A DNA stretch of 64,000 nt from a bacterium. GTDB lineage: Bacteria; Patescibacteriota; Minisyncoccia; Portnoybacterales; GWB1-42-6. Every line of letters starts with the position of its first letter. Positions within the stretch are counted from its first letter, which is position 1. Shown here in pieces: positions 1 through 9,559 of the stretch. The notes under the pieces were generated by a model. It was given only the letters and a program-made list of their open reading frames with translations, was not told where the DNA came from and did no database searches. Where the stretch lies: the NCBI GenBank assembly GCA_043800535.1, contig JAZDMV010000008.1, positions 9,251 through 73,250 of the forward strand, given 5' to 3'. The position numbers and the translations under genes are program-made.

Positions 1-270
1 TTGCAAATTAGCATTATTGACTTATCCACAATTGGCATGGACAGGATTTGCGGGCGTGAGATAATAGAAGTGATGGATAAAGATGTCTTATCCTGCAAAG
101 TGCTTATATTTTGACTACCCGTAACTCCTTCCCTGAGGGGGCGGGTATTTATTTTAGTAAAAATTTTAAAAAGGTCGGTCCGCCTTCGCCCTAACGGGCT
201 TCGGCGCGACACTGAATTTTCTGACAAAATCATAGATTTTGAGAAAATTCGTGAAAGGAGGTGAGAAGTA

Positions 271-942
271 ATGGAAAATTTAGTAGAAGCAACAAGGTTG
301 GCGTTTACCAACCTTTGGGAAGGATTTTTTGCCACGTTGCTTAACATCTTGGGCGCGTTAATAGTTTTCTTTATCGGCTGGGCGATTGCCGTAGGATTGC
401 AGAAGTTGGTGGTTCAGATATTAAGAGCGATAAAGATTGACCAGCTCCTGGAGAAAGTCGGAGCCGGTGAGGCGTTGCAAAAAGCGGGGTTAAAGTTGGA
501 TGTGGCAAACTGGATCGGATTTTTGGTGAAATGGTTCCTGATTTTTGGCTTTTTGCTGGCGGCAGTTGATATTTTGGGCCTGACGGGCGTCAGTAACTTT
601 TTAGGAGCGGTGCTTGCGTTTATCCCAAACATTATCGTTGCGGCTGTTATTTTGGTGGTTGGCGTCTGGGGTGCGGGCGTGTTGCAAAAATTGGTTTTGG
701 CCAGCATAGCGGCCAGCCACATAAAATCAGCAGCGTTTGTGGGGACGTTGGTAAAGTGGTCAGTGTTGGTTTTCACTTTTATTGGTGCGATAGACCAATT
801 GAAAATTTTCCCGCTGTTGAATACGCTGATTACCGGGTTGATCGCGATGTTAGCGATTGCCGGCGGTTTGGCATTTGGTTTGGGCGGCAAGGAGCAGGCC
901 TCGCGGATGCTTGGCAAAATGAGAGACGAGATGTTTGAGTAG
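271..942 (+). CDS. Integral membrane protein of the conserved TM-helix repeat family (MscS-like N-terminal domain)
   Basis: 223 aa, about 5 TM helices with repeated GxxxA/LLxxVD helix motifs. Strong RBS GAAAGGAGGTGAG 7 nt upstream of ATG. Terminator follows. Confidence 0.55.
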   Translation: MENLVEATRLAFTNLWEGFFATLLNILGALIVFFIGWAIAVGLQKLVVQILRAIKIDQLLEKVGAGEALQKAGLKLDVANWIGFLVKWFLIFGFLLAAVDILGLTGVSNFLGAVLAFIPNIIVAAVILVVGVWGAGVLQKLVLASIAASHIKSAAFVGTLVKWSVLVFTFIGAIDQLKIFPLLNTLITGLIAMLAIAGGLAFGLGGKEQASRMLGKMRDEMFE

Positions 943-971
943 AAAAATTTAATAGAGCTTTATTAAAACAT

Positions 972-997
972 AAAAGCCCGTCTTCGGGCTTTTATGT
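972..997. terminator. Bidirectional rho-independent terminator between convergent genes
   Basis: Hairpin AAGCCCG-tctt-CGGGCTT flanked by T-runs on both strands. Confidence 0.7.
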
Positions 998-1031
998 TAG
1001 GAAAATTTTTGTTGCGGTGCGAGCTATGACT

Positions 1032-2051
1032 TCATTGCAATATTATGCCAACAATCTCTGGATGGCCGTTCAGAAATTCGCTGGCTGGCATGGGTTTACC
1101 GCCTTCAAGCTGCAATTCCTGAATAATCAATGAGTCATGGCCGGTCTGGACGGCTAAATTTTTATTGTCGGTCAGGAAAACCTGGCCAAGTTCCTTGTCG
1201 GTCTGTGCTTTTGAAGCTGCGGCTTTTAGGATTTTGAGGGTTAATATTTTTTCCTCGTTTTGGGTTTTGGCGCTATTTCTAAAAACTGTAAAACTGCCGG
1301 GCCAGGGAGTGAAAGCGCGGATTTGGCAGTCAATTTCTTTGGCGGTTTTATTCCAGATGATTTTACCGTCCTGTTTTGTCAAAATTTTTGTGTAAGTGGC
1401 TTTTGAGCCGTCTTGCTCCTGTGGATAGATCAGACGCTGGGCGCTTTTGGGCATTTCTTTAAGAACAAGCCACTGATTCATCGTTTTTATCAGAAGTTTA
1501 GCGGACAGTCGTGATAATTTTTCTTCAAGCGTCTCGGCCGTGTCATCAGATTCTATTTTTACAGTTTCCTGAGCCAAAACCGCGCCTTCATCCATCCGTT
1601 CGTTCATCAGCATTATTGTAACACCCGTCTTTGCCTCTCCGCCTAAAATCGCAAACTGGATCGGGGAGGCGCCGCGATATTTTGGAAGAAGCGATGGGTG
1701 CACATTAATGGAACCGTATTTCGGCAAATCAAGGATTTCTTTTGGCAAAATTTTTCCGTAGGCAGCAACAATGATAAGGTCTGGTTTGAGATTTAATGTT
1801 TGAATAGTCAGTTCTTCTTTGGTTTGCGGCTGAAAAACCGGGACGCCATATTTTTGGGCAATTATTTTGACTGGCGGGGGAGTGATTTCCTGGCCGCGGC
1901 CAGCAGGCCTGTCGGGTGCGGTTATGATACTCTTGGGTTTGAAATCGCTCTGGCAAAGCGCTTCCAAAATAGGCACTGAAAAATCAGGAGTGCCCATGAA
2001 AACAATGGAAAGTTCTTTGTAAATTTCTAACAGCTGGGATGCAAGTTTCAT
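1032..2051 (-). CDS. fmt: Methionyl-tRNA formyltransferase
   Basis: IVFMGTPDFSVPILEAL N-terminus, SINVHPSLLPKYRGASPIQ motif and C-terminal Fmt domain. The ORF extends to 2204 but the first in-frame ATG consistent with the Fmt N-terminus is at 2051 (1997 is also possible). Confidence 0.85.
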   Translation of the reverse strand: MKLASQLLEIYKELSIVFMGTPDFSVPILEALCQSDFKPKSIITAPDRPAGRGQEITPPPVKIIAQKYGVPVFQPQTKEELTIQTLNLKPDLIIVAAYGKILPKEILDLPKYGSINVHPSLLPKYRGASPIQFAILGGEAKTGVTIMLMNERMDEGAVLAQETVKIESDDTAETLEEKLSRLSAKLLIKTMNQWLVLKEMPKSAQRLIYPQEQDGSKATYTKILTKQDGKIIWNKTAKEIDCQIRAFTPWPGSFTVFRNSAKTQNEEKILTLKILKAAASKAQTDKELGQVFLTDNKNLAVQTGHDSLIIQELQLEGGKPMPASEFLNGHPEIVGIILQ

Positions 2052-2183
2052 TTGGGGTTTGGCGCCTTTTTTGCTCAAAACCCCCGGGTTGATCTCTATC
2101 TTGACAAATTCTTTTGTTGGTTGTATAATTGGAGGCATAAATGTACTTAAAATTACAAATCTCTGATAGGAAAGGAGCGAGCG

Positions 2184-2672
2184 ATGGCTTGGCCGCAGTG
2201 GCACGTAATACCGACGGCGATGGTAAGCGGAGCATCTTTAATTTTGAATCCTCCGCACGGAGCTTACAGTAGGGACTCATTCGTCTTTTACACGATTTGG
2301 GCTCTCGGCTTTTTCTTGGACTTGGACCATTTATCGGTCCGGCGAATTAAGAGGATAGGCGGTCGTGTCTGGGTCTTATTCCTTCGGAAAATTGGCTCAC
2401 CTAATAAACTTATTACGCATTATGGCAAACCGCAGTACGGTCCGATTGCGGGGTGGGTCAATTATATGCACACAGGTTGGGCATTGGCCGCGGTTCTGAT
2501 TTTTTCTTTCTTCTTGGGGAATTGGTTGTCGTTTGTGTCCTACGTCATTCACATTTTGATCGATGGCGGTGATCGTGAAAATTCATTATATCCTGGGGTG
2601 GCACCGTTGCCGAATTTTATCCACAAATACTATCCGGCGCGGCTAACCTATGTAAGTACAAGAAAAATCTGA
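2184..2672 (+). CDS. Hypothetical polytopic membrane protein (possibly YdjM-like membrane-bound metal-dependent hydrolase)
   Basis: 162 aa, hydrophobic segments, conserved-looking LDLDHL and HILIDGGD motifs. RBS GGAAAGGAG upstream. Confidence 0.45.
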   Translation: MAWPQWHVIPTAMVSGASLILNPPHGAYSRDSFVFYTIWALGFFLDLDHLSVRRIKRIGGRVWVLFLRKIGSPNKLITHYGKPQYGPIAGWVNYMHTGWALAAVLIFSFFLGNWLSFVSYVIHILIDGGDRENSLYPGVAPLPNFIHKYYPARLTYVSTRKI

Positions 2673-2687
2673 CAGAAGGGGTGCAAA

Positions 2688-2834
2688 ATGAAAGTTACAG
2701 TGATGGTTATTTCGTTAGTATACGCGGGGCTAGCCGCAAGGAGCCTGGTAAAGCGCGATAAAGATTCTTTTAGAATTACGTTAATTTGCTGGGCGGCGAT
2801 GATGCCGGTTGTCTATTTTGTCTGTTGGCCTTAA
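2688..2834 (+). CDS. Small membrane protein (48 aa)
   Basis: Unlisted short ORF MKVTVMVISLVYAGLAARS... with RBS GAAGGGGTG 5 nt upstream. Hydrophobic. Confidence 0.3.
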   Translation: MKVTVMVISLVYAGLAARSLVKRDKDSFRITLICWAAMMPVVYFVCWP

Positions 2835-2856
2835 AAAATCTTAAAGGAGGTGGAGA

Positions 2857-3162
2857 ATGAGAGGAATTGTTGCAGCGATGTTGGCGGTATTGGCGGTTGG
2901 GCTTTTCTTAGGGAGCATTACTATGAACTGGCCACAGTCGCCGGACGAATGGAACAGTACCATGTACGAAGTCGGCTGGGGTCGATACGCGATTGCGTTG
3001 ATTATGGCCGTGCTTGCTTTGGCAATCTGGCAGAGCTGTTGGGTGAAAAATGCCTTCAGACATTTAAAGGAGCACAGTGGCGGCGGAGAGTATAAGCGCT
3101 TGATTAGCTGCGGTTTTGGATGGAAGCAGGCGCGAAAGGGGAAACGGCGATGGCAATCATGA
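2857..3162 (+). CDS. Small membrane protein (101 aa, 2 TM)
   Basis: Strong RBS AAAGGAGGTGGAGA before ATG. Two hydrophobic helices and a basic C-terminus. Confidence 0.5.
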   Translation: MRGIVAAMLAVLAVGLFLGSITMNWPQSPDEWNSTMYEVGWGRYAIALIMAVLALAIWQSCWVKNAFRHLKEHSGGGEYKRLISCGFGWKQARKGKRRWQS

Positions 3163-3345
3163 TAAGTTTTGCGGTCTATTTTTTTCTGGCGTTTGCTTTG
3201 CGCCAGAACAATGTCCTGTTTGTGGCATCCATAATTTCCGGATCCATCACAACGGCAGGGCTCGGTGTCCTTTTCGGCGGTTAGCTTCAGGCCTGGTGAA
3301 TCTTTTAAACAAGATGAACCGGGCCTTTTATTTTAGAAAAGTATT

Positions 3346-5361
3346 TTACAAAAGTGTTTGTGGGTCTATATCTATTTCCCAGCCGTGCGGCACAAACATT
3401 AAAAGCTTATTGCGGACACGCAGAAGGTTTTCATGTTCGTCTTGCTTTGCAAGCCAGTAGGGCTTTGCCTTGATGATTATCTGCCAGATGTATCTACTTT
3501 TTTGTCTGGCAATAAACGCGGGAACTGCGTCGCTTATCTCAAACACGGCTTCATTTAGAATCTTACCCCCACACTTTAAATCATGCAACTGCGTAGTCGG
3601 CGGTAAAATTGTTTTTTCATCATTAGATTCAATTGTGGCGGTTTGGTCTAAAAAGTGAGGGGGTTTACTTGTTTTTAGCTGTTGGGTCAATTTGGCAGAC
3701 AGAATTTTTGCCTCGTTAGCGGCTTTTGCCGGGTCGCGGTGGCGGAAAACAAGTTTTATTAACTGTGAGAAGGGCGGATATTTAAGGGCTTGTCTGGTTT
3801 CTATTTCTTGTTTATAAAAAGCGTCCCAGCGGCCGACAGCGGCATATTTTAACGCTGCGGCAGACGGATTATAAGTTTGAATGATAAAGGAACAGCCGGC
3901 TGTTTTTTGACTGACTTGTAATTTATGGTCTGGATTCCCGCTTTCGCGGGAATGACAGAAAAGCAGATTTTTTAATTGCGCTATCGTCTGAAACATTTTT
4001 TCGTCAGACCGAAAATCTGGCAAATGCATTAGGGTGTCAGCGGAAATTATTGCGACAAGCGGCACTTTGGGAATATCCGCATTTAATATCATTTGCGTGC
4101 CGATTAAAATGTCGGCCTTTTTTTGGCGGAATTCTTCAATAATTTTATTCTGCTGGATCGCGTCCGGCGCGGTATCGCTGTCCAGCCGCAAAATTTTGGC
4201 GTCCTTGAATAATTTTTGCGCTTCCTGTTCCACTCGTTGCGTCCCGGTCCCGAATGCCTTAATCCTGGAGCTCTGGCATTTTGGGCAAAGTGATGGTGGC
4301 TGTGATTTTTTTCCGCAGTGGTGGCAGATAAGGATCGGTTTTTGTAATTCACCGGATTTTATCAGGTGATACGTGAGTGGCGCCTCGCAACTGGCACATT
4401 TTTCAACATAGCCGCAGTCGCGGCACAAAACAAAAGTGGCCAATCCTCGGCGGTTGATGAATAGAATTACCTGTTGTTTATTTTTGAGCGTTTGCAGAAT
4501 TTCGTCTTGAAGCTGCCGGCTGAATATGGAAAAATTGCCGTCACGCAGTTCCTGGCGCAGGTCAATAATGGACGGAGCCAGACCAGGTACAGCATACCTT
4601 AGATCGGGGTTCTTCTCCGTCTGAGGGTCAGAAGAAAGATAATGTGATTCAATTGAAGGCACGATACTTTTTAGGATCAGCTTTGCATTAAAAATCTCTG
4701 CCAATTTTTTTGTTATTTCATGCACACGATAGTGGGGGAACATGTCCCATGAGTAATGTACAGGATTGGTTTCGTCTTCAATCGTAATTTTTTTAAGGTT
4801 GCAGAAGGGCGCAAAAACAGCAAGGCGCGTGCCGATAATTATTTGTGCTTGGCCCGAGGCAATCTTTTGCCAGGCCTGGGAAAGGTCTTTTGCTTTGAGG
4901 CCGCTATGGATTAGGACGCGGCGGGCTGGGGAAACCTTTTTTGCAAGTATGTCTATTTGCGACACAGTCGGCACGAGAATTAGTATCTGATTTTTATTTT
5001 CACGGTTTGCTGTTAACTGTTTACTGTTAACTTTTTTTGGCATCATCATTTTCAAAAACGCCCCAGGGGAAACAAAATAATACTCGCCCAGCCACAGGGC
5101 GAGTTCGATCTGCTGTTTTGTGAAAATGGGTGTTTCTGACAGGACTTTTTTTATGGGTCGCAATTCATATTCAGCGTCTTTTATTTCCATTTTGCGGCCC
5201 GCGATTTCGTGATTTGCAACAACTGCTGCTTTTTCCTGGCGGCGGCCAAGCGGCACTAAAACTAGACAGCCCACAGCTAAAACCTGGGCTGAAAAATAGC
5301 TAAGAGTTTGAGATCTCTGGAGGGGGGTTTTCGTTAATGGTACTACCTCGGCGAGATACAT
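3346..5361 (-). CDS. priA: Primosomal protein N' (replication restart helicase PriA)
   Basis: N-terminal 3'BD-like VPLGRR region, DEAH-type helicase core, Cys4 zinc-binding cluster (CRDCG...CASC...CHHCG...CPKC) and C-terminal domain. Carries an in-frame repeat-element insertion at 3929-3958. Confidence 0.9.
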   Translation of the reverse strand: MYLAEVVPLTKTPLQRSQTLSYFSAQVLAVGCLVLVPLGRRQEKAAVVANHEIAGRKMEIKDAEYELRPIKKVLSETPIFTKQQIELALWLGEYYFVSPGAFLKMMMPKKVNSKQLTANRENKNQILILVPTVSQIDILAKKVSPARRVLIHSGLKAKDLSQAWQKIASGQAQIIIGTRLAVFAPFCNLKKITIEDETNPVHYSWDMFPHYRVHEITKKLAEIFNAKLILKSIVPSIESHYLSSDPQTEKNPDLRYAVPGLAPSIIDLRQELRDGNFSIFSRQLQDEILQTLKNKQQVILFINRRGLATFVLCRDCGYVEKCASCEAPLTYHLIKSGELQKPILICHHCGKKSQPPSLCPKCQSSRIKAFGTGTQRVEQEAQKLFKDAKILRLDSDTAPDAIQQNKIIEEFRQKKADILIGTQMILNADIPKVPLVAIISADTLMHLPDFRSDEKMFQTIAQLKNLLFCHSRESGNPDHKLQVSQKTAGCSFIIQTYNPSAAALKYAAVGRWDAFYKQEIETRQALKYPPFSQLIKLVFRHRDPAKAANEAKILSAKLTQQLKTSKPPHFLDQTATIESNDEKTILPPTTQLHDLKCGGKILNEAVFEISDAVPAFIARQKSRYIWQIIIKAKPYWLAKQDEHENLLRVRNKLLMFVPHGWEIDIDPQTLL
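3929..3958. repeat. Copy A of the GGATTCC-hairpin-GGAATGACA element, inserted in frame in priA
   Basis: tctGGATTCCCGCtttcGCGGGAATGACAg; translates on the minus strand as CHSRESGNPD inside PriA. Confidence 0.75.
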
Positions 5362-6172
5362 AAAAATATATAACGAGAATAGTTATGAGAGTAAGTGAAC
5401 CGAGCACATCGTGCATAAGGTCATTTGCCGTATCAAATCCGTCGCCGAGGCGGTGAGAGCCAGTTACCAGGTCTTCAAAATACTCCGCTAATTCGTACAG
5501 CACACCAAAAAAGGCAGTTGTCATCCAGGTAATAAATCCGACACCGATTAATCCGACTTTGATTCTGTGGCTGTCCTCCAGCTTTTTGAAAACCCAGAAA
5601 ATTATTGCGGCGCAAGCGACTCCGCCGGCAAAAAAATGCATTATTTGGTCAAACCAATAAAGCTTGTCAAAAAGTTTATGCATGTCGCCAAGCGCATCGG
5701 CAAAAACAGCGGCGCTGGCCATAAGCATCAATAGTCCGAAAATTACCTGGCCGAAGATTTTCTTAGTATAATATAAAATCATTTCAAGTATAAAGCAAGA
5801 GAAAACGGTAGTTGCGATAAGTCCAGTCCAGGTATAATTAATCTGATGATGGACAAGGCCGACTAAATTTAGAAGTTCATAAAAAAGCAGTCCCCAGAGA
5901 AGGATGCGGCTTAAATAGATGAAGAATTTATCTGTTTGGCTCCAGGAAATAGAAATGGCTGTTGATTTTTCCTCTTGAATCAATTCGTCAATCGGCAGAG
6001 AAATTGGCTGGGCGATTATATTTTCTTGAACAATTTCGTTTTCCGGGGCGGAGGAAACAAACAACGCGGCGGACGTTTTTTCTTTTTCTTCCGGAGGAAT
6101 TAACGGCGGGCATGCCGTTCCGTCAAAGTCCGGAGATTTGTTTGAATTTAACATAAATTTTGATATACTCAA
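5300..6172 (-). CDS. Hypothetical integral membrane protein
   Basis: 290 aa with a low-complexity N-terminus followed by 6-7 TM helices and a C-terminal ELAEYFED...LGDGFDT acidic motif. Overlaps the priA start by about 60 nt. Confidence 0.5.
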   Translation of the reverse strand: MSISKFMLNSNKSPDFDGTACPPLIPPEEKEKTSAALFVSSAPENEIVQENIIAQPISLPIDELIQEEKSTAISISWSQTDKFFIYLSRILLWGLLFYELLNLVGLVHHQINYTWTGLIATTVFSCFILEMILYYTKKIFGQVIFGLLMLMASAAVFADALGDMHKLFDKLYWFDQIMHFFAGGVACAAIIFWVFKKLEDSHRIKVGLIGVGFITWMTTAFFGVLYELAEYFEDLVTGSHRLGDGFDTANDLMHDVLGSLTLITILVIYFYVSRRGSTINENPPPEISNS

Positions 6173-6277
6173 ATTAAGCCCGTATTCTTGTTGCAGACAT
6201 CAAGTTTTATTATTCTACAACAGACAATTTGGCGTTGTAAAGCCCTTTTGTCTTAAGATTTATTTTTTTAATATTTT

Positions 6278-6859
6278 ATGAAGAAGCGAATTTTCATAGC
6301 GATCAACTTGTCCGAGGACCTAAGGAAAAAACTTCTTATATTTAGGGACAAATGGGAGTTTTTACCAGTGCGTTGGACAAAAAAGGACAGCCTGCATTTA
6401 ACGCTGGTTTTTATTGGTTACGTGGACGAAGAGGAAATTTATGAGGCTTGCCGGCTGGCCAGGGGAGTTGCGGCGCGGCACGAGGCGTTTGACATAGGTT
6501 TTGAAAGAATTTTATATGGCCCTCCTGCCCTTCGACAAGCTCAGGGTAAAGCACCGCGGATGATTTGGCTTGAGGGAAAAGCGAATGAAAAGTTATCAAA
6601 ATTAAAACTTGAACTCGATGATGTTTTAGCGTCTTCTGAAAGTTTACGTTCTTTCAGGCCGGAAAGACGTCCGTTTTCGCCGCATATCACTTTGGCCAGA
6701 ATGAATATGGACAAATGGCGTGACCTGTCAGAACAGCCGGCAATTGAGCAGGAATTAAAGGCAATTGTGCCGGTTGCGAGCATAGAAGTAATGGAAAGCG
6801 ATTTGAGATGTGATGGAGCGGAATACACGATATTGGAAAGCTGTCCGCTTGAAGGGTAA
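6278..6859 (+). CDS. thpR: RNA 2',3'-cyclic phosphodiesterase (2H phosphoesterase, LigT/ThpR family)
   Basis: Two H-x-T-x motifs (HLTLVF and HITLAR), about 190 aa. Confidence 0.8.
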   Translation: MKKRIFIAINLSEDLRKKLLIFRDKWEFLPVRWTKKDSLHLTLVFIGYVDEEEIYEACRLARGVAARHEAFDIGFERILYGPPALRQAQGKAPRMIWLEGKANEKLSKLKLELDDVLASSESLRSFRPERRPFSPHITLARMNMDKWRDLSEQPAIEQELKAIVPVASIEVMESDLRCDGAEYTILESCPLEG

Positions 6860-6888
6860 TAAGTCCAAAATCCAAAGTTCAAATATCA

Positions 6889-7054
6889 AGTTCTCGACGC
6901 GTTCCGCACGGTGCGGGGCTTGCTCGAACGATAACTCTTCGACAGGCTCAGGATAAAATTTATTCTTCGAGCCCTTCGACCCATTCGACTGCTGCTCAGA
7001 GTGGTGAGCAAAGTTGAACCATGGGTTCAGGGTAAACTTGAGTCGAGAAGTTGA
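6889..7054. repeat. Intergenic composite inverted-repeat element (TTCTCGAC / GTCGAGAA family), copy 1
   Basis: Shares AGTTCTCGACGCGT..GGGCTTGCTCGAA.GATAA and TTCGAGC...GAGTCGAGAAGTT modules with 56705-56826, in swapped order. Confidence 0.6.
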
Positions 7055-7081
7055 AATTTTGATTTTGACATTCAGATTTTT

Positions 7082-7780
7082 ATGGAATTACTCGGTGTCC
7101 GCATTGATAATGTTACAATGGATGAGGCCCTGCAAAAAATTGAGGGCTTTTTGTCAGATGGCAGACAGCATTATGTTGTGACAATCAATCCGGAATTTCT
7201 TGTGACAGCCCAGAAAGACAAGGAATTCAAAGATATTTTAAATAGAGCAGGATTGGCCATTCCGGATGGCATCGGCGTTGTCTGGGCGTCGAGGTTTTTT
7301 AGCGGCGGATTAAAAGAGAGGGTGGCGGGAATTGATTTAGTTAAAAGTTTAAAGTTAAAAGTGAAAAGTTGCAGAGTCTTTTTGTTGGGTGGGCGAGATG
7401 GCGTGGCAGAGAAGATCGCAGGCGAATGGCCAGAAGTTGTTGCTTTTTCGGAAAATCCAGAAGAAGGAGTTGCGCTTATTAATAAATACGAGCCAAATAT
7501 TTTATTAGTTGCACTTGGCGCGCCCAAGCAGGAAAAATGGATTGTGCAAAATTTGTCAAAAATTCCGAGCGTAAAGGTCGCCATTGGCGTTGGTGGCGCG
7601 TTTGATTTTTTAGCTGGCAAAATCAGCCGTGCGCCAAAAATTTTTCAGTGTCTGGGTTTGGAATGGCTTTGGCGCCTGGCGCAGGAGCCACGAAGGATCG
7701 GCAGGATTTTTAATGCAGTAGTGGTATTTCCGGTTTTGATTTTAATGTGCTATAATAAAAACAGAATACATAAAAATTAA
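7082..7780 (+). CDS. WecB/TagA/CpsF-family glycosyltransferase (N-acetylmannosaminyltransferase-like)
   Basis: 232 aa; INPEF, IPDGIGVVWA and LLGG motifs typical of the family. Confidence 0.8.
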   Translation: MELLGVRIDNVTMDEALQKIEGFLSDGRQHYVVTINPEFLVTAQKDKEFKDILNRAGLAIPDGIGVVWASRFFSGGLKERVAGIDLVKSLKLKVKSCRVFLLGGRDGVAEKIAGEWPEVVAFSENPEEGVALINKYEPNILLVALGAPKQEKWIVQNLSKIPSVKVAIGVGGAFDFLAGKISRAPKIFQCLGLEWLWRLAQEPRRIGRIFNAVVVFPVLILMCYNKNRIHKN

Positions 7781-7789
7781 TCAAACACG

Positions 7790-7948
7790 ATGACGTGGAT
7801 TTATTTGGTTATTGCGGGAGTGCTTGTTGCGGTAGGCATCTGGGTTGCGTTGCGCAAGGAAAGAAAGTCAGATGGAGAGAATCCGCCTGATTCTGGCTTG
7901 CCGCCGCAAAACCCGCCCGCAAATCCGCCGGATAGCCCGGGTTTATAG
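7790..7948 (+). CDS. Small membrane protein with proline-rich tail (52 aa)
   Basis: Unlisted ORF MTWIYLVIAGVLVAVGIWVAL... with a single TM and a PPxNPP tail. Confidence 0.25.
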   Translation: MTWIYLVIAGVLVAVGIWVALRKERKSDGENPPDSGLPPQNPPANPPDSPGL

Positions 7949-8027
7949 AATTTTGTAATAACTCTCTTGAGTGCAAGGTTCAGAAAAAGTGAACTAATTT
8001 TAGTTTTGCGGGCAAAAGAAATATTTT

Positions 8028-8723
8028 ATGGAAGCGCTCGTTCCAAATCGCGGGAAAAATTTAGTGGTTGCGGTAAAAAATGAAAAGTATGCAAGATTGC
8101 CGATAAAAACGCATGTCATTTCAAAAGATGATGATATTTTTAACGTGTGTCAGATATATGCACGGCCGCATTTGAAGGCGGGAGACATTCTGTTTATAAG
8201 CGAAAGAGTTGTAGCAATAACCGAGGGGCGCGCCTTTCCGATAAAAGATATAAAACCATCGAGCCTGGCAAAATTTTTGGTCAAATTCGTGCACAAGTCG
8301 CCATATGGCATAGGCCTGGGCAGTCCCTGGACAATGGAGCTGGCAATAAGAGAGGCAGGGAAATTCAGGATTATCTTGGCGGCCGCGATTGCGGCTTTCA
8401 CAAAACCCTTAGGAATAAAAGGTATTTTTTATAAGGTGGTTGGCAAAAATATAAACGCAATTGACGGACCGTGCGATTATACGCTCCCGCCTTATAACGA
8501 ATACGCAAAGCTCGGGCCGAAAAATCCGCAAAAATCAGCGGTCGAGATTAAGGAAAAGATCGGTTGTGAGGTTGTGATAATTGACGCAAACGATCTGGGC
8601 GTCGCGGTGCTTGGAAAATCAAATTCGCAGATTCAAGACGATTTTTGCCGGCAGGTTTTTTTGGATAATCCGTTGGGCCAGACAAACGAGCAGACGCCTC
8701 TTTGCATTGTCAGAAGAATATAA
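8028..8723 (+). CDS. CofE-like protein (F420-0:gamma-glutamyl ligase family)
   Basis: 231 aa; GDILFISERVVAITEGRAF and SPYGIGLG segments resemble the CofE/FbiB N-terminal domain. Confidence 0.5.
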   Translation: MEALVPNRGKNLVVAVKNEKYARLPIKTHVISKDDDIFNVCQIYARPHLKAGDILFISERVVAITEGRAFPIKDIKPSSLAKFLVKFVHKSPYGIGLGSPWTMELAIREAGKFRIILAAAIAAFTKPLGIKGIFYKVVGKNINAIDGPCDYTLPPYNEYAKLGPKNPQKSAVEIKEKIGCEVVIIDANDLGVAVLGKSNSQIQDDFCRQVFLDNPLGQTNEQTPLCIVRRI

Positions 8724-8727
8724 AAAG

Positions 8728-9363
8728 ATGCATAAGTTTAAGCTTTTATCGCCCGAACACAGAAACAGTGAGCGGGTGACAAATTTTGAGTTGCAGGAAA
8801 AGACGAAAAAACTGCGTTGGCGGAAGGCGGCGTTTCTGGCCGTTTTTTTTGTTTTGGCCGCAATTGTCCCTGTAAATTTAATTTTTCGGTCGGGGCAGGA
8901 CCTGGATATTGCTTATCAGTTGTTGCCTTTTGATGACGCTGTGAAAATTAAAGCGGCTCAGGTGCCTGAAATTGCAAAATTTCAAAAAAGAATTGAAATT
9001 GATTTGTTGGAGCAGCGGATGCGGCTATTTGAAGACGAAAAACAAATAGCAGAATATCCTATATCGAGCGGCAGGCGTGACAAGCAAACAAAGGCGGGCA
9101 GTTTTTCGATCATCAGCAAATATCCGATGGCTTTGGGCGGGATTCCTGGGCAGGCATGGAAGATGCCCTTTTTTATGGGAATTTATACGATAAAAGGCAC
9201 AGAAAATGGAATTCACGAGCTTCCTTTTATCAATGGCATTCGCGAATCAGCGCGCGATTTGGGGCATCCTGTCTCACACGGCTGCGTGAGGCTTGGTATA
9301 GGAGCGGCGGAGAAAGTATATAACTGGGCTGAACTGGGAACGCCCGTAATTATTTCGTATTGA
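8728..9363 (+). CDS. L,D-transpeptidase (YkuD domain) with N-terminal membrane anchor
   Basis: Catalytic HGCVRLG motif and an N-terminal TM. ATG at 8728 avoids overlap with the upstream ORF. Confidence 0.8.
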   Translation: MHKFKLLSPEHRNSERVTNFELQEKTKKLRWRKAAFLAVFFVLAAIVPVNLIFRSGQDLDIAYQLLPFDDAVKIKAAQVPEIAKFQKRIEIDLLEQRMRLFEDEKQIAEYPISSGRRDKQTKAGSFSIISKYPMALGGIPGQAWKMPFFMGIYTIKGTENGIHELPFINGIRESARDLGHPVSHGCVRLGIGAAEKVYNWAELGTPVIISY

Positions 9364-9416
9364 GAGGCGTATTTAAAAGTCATAAGAGCTGTCAGCAAGT
9401 ATCCACATTGCCCCGG

Positions 9417-9445
9417 TTGCCTAAGGCGATTTTTTTTATTATAAT
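9417..9445 (+). promoter_or_regulatory. Sigma-70-like promoter for the long leader of the cell-wall hydrolase gene
   Basis: TTGCCT, 17-bp spacer, then TATAAT. Start codon of the downstream gene is about 330 nt further on. Confidence 0.45.
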
Positions 9446-9559
9446 AGAGACAGACCAGGTAGTGAAAATTCGACTGATTATTGTGATTTATCCCGCACCG
9501 CTGGCCTGCACCCACAGTATTCTGATATAAGGATAAAAAGACGAATCAAATTTCTACTA

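Noticed and set aside
414-917. Long antisense ORFs inside genuine genes (also 46986-47795 opposite malic enzyme and 50795-51571 opposite the P-type ATPase)
   Set aside because: They lie fully within better-supported genes on the other strand and have Ser/Pro/Thr-rich junk-like translations.
2052-2204. N-terminal extension of the fmt ORF to 2204
   Set aside because: It would add 51 residues unlike any Fmt N-terminus and would run across the RBS and start of the divergent gene at 2184. The ATG at 2051 was preferred.
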